A stretch of DNA of 62,863 bases, counting the filler, from Basidiobolus ranarum (Eukaryota), in assembly GCA_040143965.1 (NCBI GenBank). It is 2 parts of 2 records of this genome, joined end to end, with 100 filler letters (N's around TTAATTAATTAA, not from the genome) between each part and the next. Parts side by side here need not be neighbours in the genome. Positions count along the whole stretch, not along the records: positions 1 to 31,411 come from JASJQH010006965.1; positions 31,512 to 62,863 come from JASJQH010006966.1. One strand, given 5' to 3'. The position numbers were made by a program, and so were the translations under genes. Positions 26,271 through 37,682 of this stretch are shown here, one piece after another (the stretch's first letter is position 1; every line of letters starts with the position of its first letter). The notes under the pieces are model-generated. The model had not been told where the DNA came from, made no database searches, and saw only the letters and a program-made list of their open reading frames with translations.

Positions 26271-28938
26271 TTAGAGGTTCGCTGGATCCATTCTCATTCT
26301 TTCCCAAAATCTTCCAGTTAGAATGGCTTTAGCAAATGGCTCATTCAGGTTGTTTGCATTGGAATTTTCACTAGTGATGACTCCTTTAAATTCATTGACT
26401 CCTGGACCTTGGTTATTGAATGGTATACCTGCTCTTTTAATTAACTCGATACCTTCACCAGAGGCTGCGATTGGTTTACCATGGCGATAAGCCTCACGAA
26501 TGAAATCAATAGGTTCATCATACTGGTAAGCTGAGTTCTGTGAAAGAAGTATATCCACAGATTTCCTTCCGCCAGGTACGTATATAGCATCATAAAGGAC
26601 CGAGGATGTGGTGACATATGTGTTGTTGGACATCATGTCAAGATTCTGAACTCTTCCGATATAAGGAGCAACGATGTCTGGATATGCTCCCTTGGCTTTA
26701 AGACTTTGATAGATGGATTCCACTTGAGAGTTGTCAACACCATCAGCTACAAGAATAGCCACAGTACGAGTTTTGATATCAGTCTTTGGGTACTCCTCAA
26801 TAGAAAGACCGGTAGTAGTCTTTCCCTTGTTGGGATTGGTAACTGTGGTTGGAGGTTCGACACCAATAGCAATAGCTATACGTCTTGCTAAATCATGATC
26901 AACATTATTGATTAGTTCAATCATCTTGTTACGAATGGACTGGGATTTAGTCTTTCCAAGTTCGAAACGAGCAGCGTCCACAAGTTGTTGCTACAAGTAT
27001 CATACGATTAGTTAAATTAATAATCTACCTCGGGGTTATCTTGAATTACCTGTTCAGCTTTGGTCAAACTATTGTAGAATAGTTGGGTTTGAGAGTAATA
27101 GTCAAGGAAACTTGGTGCAGTGCCTCTTTCTTTGGGTCCATCCACTCTCTCCCGATAAGAGTGATAGCCTCCATCTTGGGGAGAAACTACTCGGGGTGCG
27201 TTCCCTTGTAGGCTGTTTGGATAATAGGCCACTTTCCCTCTATTAATGGTGGTTTGCATGAAGCCATCTCTTTGGTTGTTGTGCACAGCATTGATGGGGC
27301 GATTAATGGGAATTTGGTGATAGTTTGCACTTCCATGTCTGTTCAGTTGCGTATCCAAATAACTGAATAGACGCCCTTGCAAAAGGGGATCATTGGTAAA
27401 GTCAATACCTGGTACAACATGCCCCAGATGGAAACTAACTTGTTCTGTCTCAGCAAAGTAATTATCAACATTACGGTTGAGAGTCTAAATATTGATAAGA
27501 ATTGGTTAGATAAGTAGGACATATACTCGACTCTTAACAGCAATGGTTCACCATTTTTCCAATCTTGGTAACAGGAACTAAGCTTTCGGGGATTAGTTTG
27601 GTGGCATCCAAAAGATCAAAATCGTATTTGAATTCATCTTCGTCAGGAATAATTTGAACGCCTAATTCCCATTCTGGATAATCCCCATTATCAATAGCAG
27701 TATAGAGATCTCTGCGGTGAAAATCTGGATCTTTTCCTCCAATCTTTTGCGCCTCATCCCAAACCAAATTAGACAAACCTTGGAGAGGTTTCCAATGCCA
27801 TTTGACAAATACTGATTTACCCTCTGGATTCACTAAGCGGAAGGTGTGAACGCCGAATCCTTCAATCATTCGTAAGCTAAAATAAAAGAAATGTTAATTC
27901 GTGCATAAATTAAGAATGCTTTCATGTTTATTGGCGCATGATTGATTGTAAAAGTACCTTCGGGGAATTCCACGCCCAGAAAATGCCCAAAATACTGTGT
28001 GCAAAGACTCCGGAAATTCCGAAAAGAAATCATAGGTAGTGTCGTGAGCAGTACCAGCTTGGGGCATTTCAGTGTCAGGCTCTGGTTTAGCCGCATGAAT
28101 GAGGTCGGGGAATTTCATTGCATCTAATGAATATTATATTTAGACATATGCTATCCGACTTAATCACTTTGATTATACATACCTTGAATAAAGAATACAG
28201 GAACATCATTGCCAACTGATGTAGCATAAAGATTAGTATTTCTGTCAGTTGTAGTAGAAAATTAAAGAAAGAGTTACCTAAATCAAACAGCCCTTCCTCT
28301 GTGTAGAATCTCGTAGCAAATCCACGAACATCTCTGGCAGTATCCGATGATCCACGAGATCCCAATACTGTCGAAAATCTCACAAACATTGGAGTCTTGA
28401 TATCAGGATTGCGTAAAAACTTGGCAGCTGTAATGTTAGAGTAATCCCCATACGACTGAAAATAACCGTGTGCCCCAACACCACGCGCATGAACTACACG
28501 TTCAGGAATACGTTCGTGGTCTATGGTTGAGAAAGAAGGATGAAATACAAGTTAGTTCAATGGTCGGTTAATATTCGGTGGTTGCGTTGTCACTCACCAA
28601 AGTGCATCATTTTTTCTCGAAATTGGAAGTCTTCAAGTAAGGTTGGACCTCTTAATCCTGCCTTTAAGCTGTTGGTATTGTTAATCTACCAAATGGTAAG
28701 TTAGTCGCTCTATCATTTGCATTATCCATACAGTATTCACGGGCCAGAAACCAACCTTGAGCCCGAAATTGGTAGTTTCGTGTGTATTGGTATTGTCTAT
28801 GGTATATTCATGAAGTTGCTTCTCCTTCGCCGATCCATCTCCAGTCCCAGCTATGCCTTTCTCTAAAGCACATATTTGCGAGTGGACCATCTCAGCCCCA
28901 GTGAGAAGCCCTAGTAATATGAAGGCTTTCTTCTGCAT
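26271..28938 (-). CDS. Secreted large-subunit (clade 2) heme catalase with C-terminal DJ-1/GATase-like domain (8 exons)
   Basis: Signal peptide [80 protein letters not shown]...EAYRHGKPI. Confidence 0.95.
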
Positions 28939-29481
28939 GTTATCAAGTGAAGTAGTTGCCCTCGAGACGTACAGATGTTGATATTCACAATCACTAATGA
29001 TGATGGGCTTAAATAGAGTCATCATACCCATGTTGATTTTAACTTCCGAGATTACCTGAAACAACATATAGTGGCAAGTGCAGTGTAAATTCTATTGAAT
29101 TCTGTTCAAGACCAGGGTATATTCATTCTTAGGGGCTAAGACTTGCATGACATAAAGAGGGGCGCTAGCATTTAGAATATTATACATAGAGTACAATACA
29201 TACACCCCCTATCTTGTAGTCGAGTCCTTGTGGTTAGGAATGTGAGCTTATACCATTCGTAATGTTACTTGTCTAACCCTAAGAATTACTGATTGTACCT
29301 GATAGTACTTGCTCTGATCCCAATTGACTCCGATCAGAGTTCCAGGAGATAGAGATTTCACTAGGTTTCCAAAGAGTGTACTGTAAAATTGCAATGTACC
29401 TACTTCATCGATTGCTCCCTTGCGGTCTCAGCTACTTGCATTTGTATCATTTGCTCTCTATTGACAAATATATTGTAATTG

Positions 29482-29574
29482 AAATTATTCTAGAATTCTC
29501 TATCCAACCAATAAGTGTATTGTAAGTGTCAACTGATTCTGACGTAAATTATTCTAGAATTCTCTACCCAACCA
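29482..29574. promoter_or_regulatory. Duplicated 29-bp element containing an HSE-like core, with a CRE between the copies
   Basis: aaattattctagaattctcta(t/c)ccaacca at 29482 and 29546 (TTCnnGAAnnCTC); TGACGT at 29540. Confidence 0.45.
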
Positions 29575-30063
29575 CCACCTACACTTTTATGCAATGCTAC
29601 TTACAATCGCATCTGTTTGTCTCCATATATATAGCAATTCCGGGTTGACGTTATTAAAAGACCTACATAAGCATGCACAGTCACTACTAATATTCCCTAC
29701 TATCAGCTCTTCTCATATCTATTCTCCAAACTATAAATTCTAGTTCAGGCCAAGTATTGTTCATTACTATTAAAGGTTTGGAATTGAGTGGAGTCAGGGT
29801 CATATTAAAGGAACAATTGGTGGATTAAGAATGGATTCTGTCATTTAGCTCCCATGCATATTGGCTGCTTATGGCATCACTATACTTCCAAATTCTAAAC
29901 TGACTGCCATACACTGATTGCGGGGTAAAGATGACAAAAATCTTCCTAATGGAAAGATTGGAAGGTGTCCCGCATGTGGAGGCATACTAGATAACTATAA
30001 AAAGATGCATTCATGACAGTTAAAAGACATTTTATAGATATAGATCATTATACCTTTTCAATT

Positions 30064-31362
30064 ATGAAACTTTCGGCTGCCAATATTTTATGCATTCTTT
30101 CGGGAATTGCTGTGGTTAATGCTATCGCGGTTGACAGAAGATTACAACTAAGAAGCAATGAGGATTATGACGTGTCTGGTGTTCTCAACGGTAATGATGA
30201 GAACGCGAGCGGTGATCTCGGATCAGAGAGTATCGGAAGCTCGGGTGATAGTGGCATCGGGTCATATGATAGTGAAGGTAATGGTAACGACATTATTAAT
30301 CCATCCGATTCGGAAGAGAATGGAAGTGAAGGGACTGGCAATGTAGTTGAAAACAATGAAGGAAGCGAGAATGAGGTTGAGACGAGCCCTGAAAACGACA
30401 CTGGATCATATGAAGCTACAAACAATGGTGATGATGCTACTGGTATTGAAAGTGACGCCTCCGATTTAGAGTCGAGTGGTAACGGAGATGAAAATACTGG
30501 CAGTGATGTCGCAGAATCACCCGAATATGTACCTGATGACACAGATGAAGGGAGTGTCAATACTAATGAATCTGATGATGAGGTTAACGCCTATGACTCT
30601 GAGATGGTCAGCAATGAAGATGGAGGCAATACTGATGCTGATACCAGATCCTATGACAAGGAAGATGAAGACAGTGCTGATGCTAATGGATCTGAAAACA
30701 CAGTTGATGATTACAATTCCGAAAAGGGTGAAGATGAAAACATAAACAATGAGGAGGGAAGCATCGATGATAGCACAGAAAAGAGTGGAGAGGATGATGG
30801 CAATAATAAAGCTAATGACGAAGCTGAAAGAGGAGAGGATGAGAGTATCAGTATTAATGGAGGCGATAGTAAAACTAGCGATGAGACTGAAGTTGAAAAG
30901 GGTGAAGATGAGAGTGTAAGTGCTAATGGAGGCAACATAAATGATGAACGTAACTGCGGAGACAAAGAAGCTACCAAGAGTGGTGATAATACTGATGTTG
31001 AATCAAATGATACCGGAAAGGACGTAGGCAACGATAGGGAGAGTAAATCTGATGGCGAGTCTAAGCAAAAGGAAAGTGGTGAAGCTGGAGACGGAAGTGA
31101 GAGCGATGCCAACCAACCCTATGAAGCCAGAAAGAGCAAAGACTGTGAGGGTAACGAGAGAGATAACAGTGGAGATAAAGAAGCAGCCTCGGAAGATGCG
31201 AATAACAGTTCTATTGAAAACGGAGAAGATAGCAATGATAAAGCAAGTGGCTACGATTCCGAAAAGGATGGTAGTGGGGAAAAAGAAAATGACGGCAATA
31301 GTGGAAGTGTCGATCCAGACTGCGATAAACGAATGAAAACCAAAGAGAACGCAGTTGAATGA
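30064..31362 (+). CDS. Secreted, highly acidic low-complexity (D/E/S/N/G) protein, intronless
   Basis: Signal peptide MKLSAANILCILSGIAVVNA (ATG 30064 preferred over 30013), dibasic RR after it, ~400 aa acidic disordered body with recurring E(K/R)GEDE motifs. Confidence 0.75.
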   Translation: MKLSAANILCILSGIAVVNAIAVDRRLQLRSNEDYDVSGVLNGNDENASGDLGSESIGSSGDSGIGSYDSEGNGNDIINPSDSEENGSEGTGNVVENNEGSENEVETSPENDTGSYEATNNGDDATGIESDASDLESSGNGDENTGSDVAESPEYVPDDTDEGSVNTNESDDEVNAYDSEMVSNEDGGNTDADTRSYDKEDEDSADANGSENTVDDYNSEKGEDENINNEEGSIDDSTEKSGEDDGNNKANDEAERGEDESISINGGDSKTSDETEVEKGEDESVSANGGNINDERNCGDKEATKSGDNTDVESNDTGKDVGNDRESKSDGESKQKESGEAGDGSESDANQPYEARKSKDCEGNERDNSGDKEAASEDANNSSIENGEDSNDKASGYDSEKDGSGEKENDGNSGSVDPDCDKRMKTKENAVE

Positions 31363-31411
31363 AAAACTATTTATTAGCCACTATTATGTATGTAATAAAC
31401 AATAAAATGAG

Positions 31412-31511
31412 NNNNNNNNNNNNNNNNNNNNNNNNNNNNNNNNNNNNNNNNNNNNTTAATTAATTAANNNNNNNNNNNNNNNNNNNNNNNNNNNNNNNNN
31501 NNNNNNNNNNN
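31412..31511. other. Assembly gap with artificial six-frame stop linker
   Basis: 44 N + TTAATTAATTAA + 44 N = exactly 100 nt. Confidence 0.95.
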
Positions 31512-34157
31512 ATAAGATGCTCAGTAGCGTCGACGAAATCATTGAAAGAGTTATGCTTTCGCATCAGCTTTCCATCTTCGTACCAACTACGTCCTAGCTC
31601 GCCTCCTCCACTAGATATACCAATATAGATCAGTTTTGTGTATGGCAACATATAGATAGACTTCATAAAACTAACCGAACATGAGCCAGTGCGATAATCC
31701 AGCCTCGATCTAACAAAGGGAATGTTTCGATTCGAAATACCGGTTCTAAATTGGCGCCATAAGCACCGTAGACATGCAGTTGTACCGGATTACTATTATT
31801 GTATCAACCGTAAGAAAGGAATATAACCTAAGATTTGAGGAATCAAATGAAGGCTACCTGCCGTCCCTTTTAACTCCTTTTTTGTAAATAAGAGTAATCG
31901 GGATCTTTTTTCCATCGGCAGAAGTGGCATGGGTCCGAGTACATGTGTAATGGTTGCGATTAAAATCTTAAATACACAGTTAGATGTTATAGCTTGACCA
32001 TAGTTAAATGAAAGAAATGTACTATATATGTCTTCGATTCTGCGGTAAGTAAACTGACGCGTTTTCATATCGTAGTCATAAGTGGCCTCGTGTGAAAATG
32101 GAGAATAACACGTAAACCTTACAACATTTGTCTCGTATTCCTTCGATGAGAAAATGAGTTAGCACAAGGATAGAAGGTAATAACACACCACAGACTTAGC
32201 ACTTACCACGTTGGATCCAGGGCTAGCAACACATATCTCTTCGGGCAGTGGGATTTCATGAAAGGTATTTGTGCTCAAATCATGAGATTTGATGAAGGAG
32301 AGCCCTTGGCGCTTTCCATAGATGACTATGAAATTCTGAAAGTCCGGTTGACGTTTAGCCATTACACATGTTAAGGTGTGATATGGCATGCAATATTACC
32401 TGAAAGATATCAACATCGTCAATCTTCTCATCAGGCTGAATACTGATCAGATCGGTCCAGTACTTTTTGTTAGGGTGATTGTTGGGTGCTCTCACGACTT
32501 TGAAGTTAACGGCATCATCGGCATTGGTTACGATAAAGAATTGATTCTGTTTAAAGTATTGTTAAGAAACAAAAGCGTGAAGAGTCATCTGGAATTGCTC
32601 GTGGCTACCTCATGATGATCAACATAGTATTCTATCCCAGTCGAACGAGGCTCCACAATATGGAGTTTCGGCTTTGGGAAGCGAGTGAAATCATGAAAGG
32701 CATTCAGTAACATCACTTCAGATATTCCGCCTAAGGAATTTGCATTGATGGTGATGTATTGCTAAGAAGAAAGTGTCAGGGTCAAGTATATATGCTCAAG
32801 GTAATCAATGGTAGCTCACGTGATCTTTGGTAACTGATACATCCAAAAAATAGTTACTATCTTCCTCCTGATAAATTAGTAAGTCTTCTTCCTGCGTGGT
32901 GCCAATTTGGTGAGCATACACCTATAAGTATCTACATGTTAGCAACCAATTAATTGAGTTGAATTGAACAGCACAGCTTCCTTGCCTGGAACGGACGGAG
33001 TTGGTCGTCCGGAACCGTGTAGTATATAGTTCGCTCATTCCCTGACCATGCAAAATTAAATACATTCTCAATTGTATCCTATAAACGTAGGCAGATGAGA
33101 TAGTGAATCGAGAAGACCGGAGAGTGAATAACTTACCGCAGGCATAGAATTCTTCTCCAAGTCATTAATACAAAGAGTCCCATACTCCATCCCATTTTGT
33201 TCAACCAAGTACGCGAACATATTATGTTCTGGAGATGGTCCCACCTTTCTAACCGACATTCCTTCTTGAGCAAGTTCAGTTGAATCCAGCAAAAGCTGCG
33301 GCTTGCCCTTGAATTAGTAATACGCGTTAACAATGCTCACCTTTGAGATTATATAGATGAAGTGAAGTTAACCTGGCCCGCCTGCTTTCTATAATACATT
33401 GGGCCACTTGCTGTGGCTTCAGTATAATATTCGTATCCCTGAATTCGAGTGGTCAGAGAAGGTAAAACCTGATTGACCACACATTTTCGGCGCATCTCCT
33501 GTTAAATGAAATTTGAGAAACCATAACATACGATGGTATGTTTTGAACGAACTTACGCTAACTAATGAACGTTGTAGGCTTTTTGTATCTTTCATGTAGC
33601 AATTGGTGTATCTAAATAGAAGGAATTATTTCAACTACCTGCTAGTAGAGCTACACAACAGAAGAGAAACTTACCGACGTTCGGCATTCAAGTATTCTAT
33701 CATATTCTATCGATTAAAGAATAAAAGAAATTATTAACAAATGTAATATGACCAACTACTTCAAGGCTAGGTACAAGTAAGAGTCGAAAGTACTGACGGT
33801 TATTTCCCCATTTTCCATCCATTTGTATTCATCTTTTCGAATGTTTCCAAAATGGGTCGTTGTATTCTCTACTTGTTTAGTGGTTGGTATTTCGCAATTT
33901 CTATTCCAAAAGAGTTTCACTTTAGTTAAATTGGCGCCTCTTCAATAATGGATAGTTTGGAATATACCGGTTGAAGAATTTCCTAACTCCAAATAAAAAC
34001 TGAGTTTCAGACAAGCTATGAAATGGACGTGGCTTTACAAGGGTGACACCAGCAATTATAGCCCGCTGTCGTACTCTAGGCAACCCATATCTCCACACTA
34101 TATAATTCGTTAGCTTTGCACCATGATATAAAGTCAATTGGTTTATAAACACTAACT
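31512..34157 (-). CDS. Oligopeptidase B / protease II-like S9A peptidase, 3' end lost in gap (many exons)
   Basis: [14 protein letters not shown], beta-propeller segments ([20 protein letters not shown]), [52 protein letters not shown]; the catalytic GxSAG lies beyond the gap. Confidence 0.88.
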
Positions 34158-35052
34158 GGAGACTATTGTATTAAGCGTACGAGTAATTCAAGAGCCCGTT
34201 AACCCGGAGCCTTCTGTCTGCCTCTTGTAGCAAGTGGATTTTGTTAGTCAATTGTGGCATCACCATCTAGATTGGAGAAATTTGTATTTACAATCTATTA
34301 CTAGTCAATTGCAATTCAATTACCGTTATTTCTGTTTCGAACGAGTCGGATATTTTCAATGGAATATTCATGGATGGGATGATCGAAATCAGATCTAATT
34401 TCCAACTCAAATCATGTGATTGAATGTTTGTAGACGCTACAGATCAACTGAGAAAATTCTGTGCAGCATTTAGTTTTCCATAAAGTGAATTAATGTGGTT
34501 CAACCAGTACCATTGATTCTCTACTTTCTTCAGCCCACCTTACTCGAGAAAATACTTTTGTCTACTTGTCTACACTAAAAGCTGTATTTCTTACTGAAAC
34601 GCCCAATACCACTTTATTTATAGTTAATTATTTTTGGCTTTGTTATATCTCCAGAGTCTGAGGTGAACATATAAGAAGCACTTAGGTATTTTCCCTTTCA
34701 TTGATACTGTTCTTTTCTACCTGTATTTGTGAACCATTTTATTGCCGAGAAAAGGAGAGGTTTGTATGAAACTATCTCCTTCGCTTTTTTGTATATCAGT
34801 ATTGAGTCTGAAAAGCGAGTTGGAAATAAACCCAAGGGGAAAATATTTAGAAGTAATCAAACACAGATCCTTCCAACGAGCCTATTCATACTAAAATAGC
34901 ATTCGATTTCCCTTTCTTCTTCTACAGTCATTAAAATTTTGTCCTGGTTTTTTAGGGCTTAACATACTTAAACAAGAGAAACAAACTCTCTGAAGTTCTA
35001 GTGTCTCGAATAGGGTCAAATATATACTTGCTTCATACGAATTTGTCCCAAA

Positions 35053-37006
35053 ATGGCTGATGAAGAAACTTTCGATATTTATGGGGACGATTTTGGCCAA
35101 AATGAATATGATGATCCCGGTGTAAGTATTACTTCTCTTTTCTACATATTGTATATATATAAAGCTACACGAAACCCATAAATCATTTCTCTCTAACTAA
35201 CATCTATTTGATGTATACGCGTTTCTTAGCACGAGGATCTTTACAGTGAGATCTTGGGTGAAGACAGTCATACGATGAAACCCAAAAAAGAGTCAACACA
35301 AACCAGCTCTGACACGAAAAAGAAAGACTCAGAGCATGAAACGACTTCCCAAGACAAGGTTTGTGAAATATTTTTGAAAATTCCTTTCCCTTGAAAAATA
35401 AGGTATCTTGGTAGTATGAAAGAGTATATTGTATGGCAACATGTTGTACATATAGAATGGATGTCAATAATTTATGGGTTTCTTCAAGCTTATACAATGC
35501 TATATCTTACCATATTACAGAAAAAGACGACTGTACCTTATTTTTCAGGGCTTGAAATAAAATTCCATCGTCCCTAATCATTTCTCTTCTTCCTATTCAC
35601 TTCATATATTGGGGGGAAAATATTTCTGGAACAATAGGATAAACAATCAGGTGACAATCACGAAGTTCACTCCCATTACGAGCAAAACAACCATGAGAAT
35701 TTCTCACGTTCAGGTAAAAACTAAATTGAAAGATCCACTTTTCTTTATAGAGAACTAATCTGAATACTTTATTCTAACGTTTAGGAAATGATCATTCGGA
35801 AAGAACTTCAAATCCTCCAAGAAATAAAGACGAACATCACAACTTCAACCCCGTAAAATCTCATTCATCCAATGCGAGCAGTGCCTTGATCATTGGTGAA
35901 TTGAATTGGGTGAGTTAAACTCCGTACAGACTTTTCTATACTCCAACTAACATGTGAGCTCCAAATTACTAGTGGATTGGCGAAGAGGACATTAGAGGAG
36001 TCATTGGCAAATCCATCGAACATTCTCAATTAAAGGATATTACTTTCCAGGAGCACAAAGTGAATGGAAAGTCCAAAGGGTGAGTCCAAGCCAACTTCCA
36101 TTCCATAGTAGATTCAATCGAAGCTAACCTTTTCTCTAGAGTGATCTATTTGGAGTTTTCGGATGTTGAAGCGGCCAAAGCAGCTAAAGAATGCTTTGAA
36201 ACAACGTAATGACCACTTCTACTACATTTAACTGAAATGTGAATTGCTGGTTCTAATGGACATTCGTTCAGAAATATAGATGGGAAAAAGTGCACGGTTA
36301 ATTTCGCCAACGCTGGTGTGGGAAATCCATTCAAGATTCTTCCCAAAGGTAGATATTCTCTGACAAACCTTGGATGGTGTTGATTACTTAATGCTCTTTA
36401 TCATTATAGAACCCCCGCCACGTGCTGGACGCGGTGGTGCTATTTCCCGGGCCAATCCCAACCATGCCCCAGGTCGAGCTCAACCGAACAGAGGTGGCTT
36501 TGGTGCTGGAGGATTCAGACCTACCCCACCTACTAGAGACTTTTTCCCTAACCCCATGGCACAGATGGGCGGTTTCCCCGGTGCCAATCGAGGCTATGGC
36601 ATGGGTGGAGGTTATGGAGATGGGTTTGATCCATGGGGAATGTCTCAGAGAGGAGGTATGATGCGTGGACGTGGAAACAATATGATGCGAGGTGGATATA
36701 TGGGAGCCGGTCGAGGAGGTCCAATGCACGGAGGCTACCCAATGATGGATGAAAACTATGGTATGTCCGGGGGCTCTGGTTATGGTAGGATCAAGCGGTA
36801 ATCTCAAAATGTGCCAAATACACTAACTAAAAAGTAACTCATTCACAGGCTTCCCTGCTCCTCACATCAACCCAGCATTCTTTGAACAAGGTGGCTACGG
36901 TGGTGGAATGAACGATGACGGTTCCAATGGATCTTCTGGTACCAAGCGACGTGCTCAAGATGATGGACATGATGGGTATGCTTCACAACGAGGAAGGTCA
37001 CGATGA
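35053..37006 (+). CDS. CPSF6: Cleavage factor Im large subunit CFIm68/CPSF6-like RRM protein (multi-exon)
   Basis: FDIYGDD N-terminus, [27 protein letters not shown]-rich region and [10 protein letters not shown] motif. Confidence 0.85.
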
Positions 37007-37682
37007 AATATGATCAACGCTATAAACCAGTCGTAAGAAGTCAATGATTTCGGTATTCAAGGTCATTCTCTTTTTTTATCTGCTTCTTATCACTTCGTAT
37101 ATGAATATCAATAAATCCCTTTCTGTTTATGTAATGTTTTTAAGATTCGGCACGTCAGGTATTATTTATTTGTGGATGTATATCTAATATGTAAATTGAA
37201 TGTAATTGGCAATAATAGCAGTAGTAAAAGAGATGGAATTGTTATATCTACGCTTCTTTACCATACGTATGTTGTACTCTAAGCTACCAGATAGCCATTC
37301 TCTAAGGAGATAACTGATTAAGTTGTGTGTTATAACTACTCTAGATGGTCTTCAGCAAAGTTCATGAAATAACTGGAAAATCCGAGTATTTCCGGAATAT
37401 TCTACTAGTGATATTTCTATGCTATACTCTTCGAAGCAGACAAAGGGTACATGAAATGATTTATTGTATGTTTTAAGAGAATAATCCAGGATTGGTTAAT
37501 GGTTTGGACCGGTTCACATCCCTTTAGAAAAGTAATACTCATGAATGTGGCCAAAAGCAATGATGATCGAGCAAAATAGAGCTCGAGAAGATTAGAGTAA
37601 AGAAAAGGGGAAGAGGAATTTCAAAAGGGAAAGAAATTATGCAGTGCGTAGCGAAATATATATTTTAAGCTGTGGATATATT

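Noticed and set aside
30158..31336. Several overlapping and antisense ORFs over the acidic protein
   Set aside because: Shadow ORFs produced by low-complexity GAT/GAA/AGT codon usage.
36388..36807. Antisense ORFs over the CPSF6 Gly-rich exon
   Set aside because: Shadow of GGN-rich coding sequence; no independent features.
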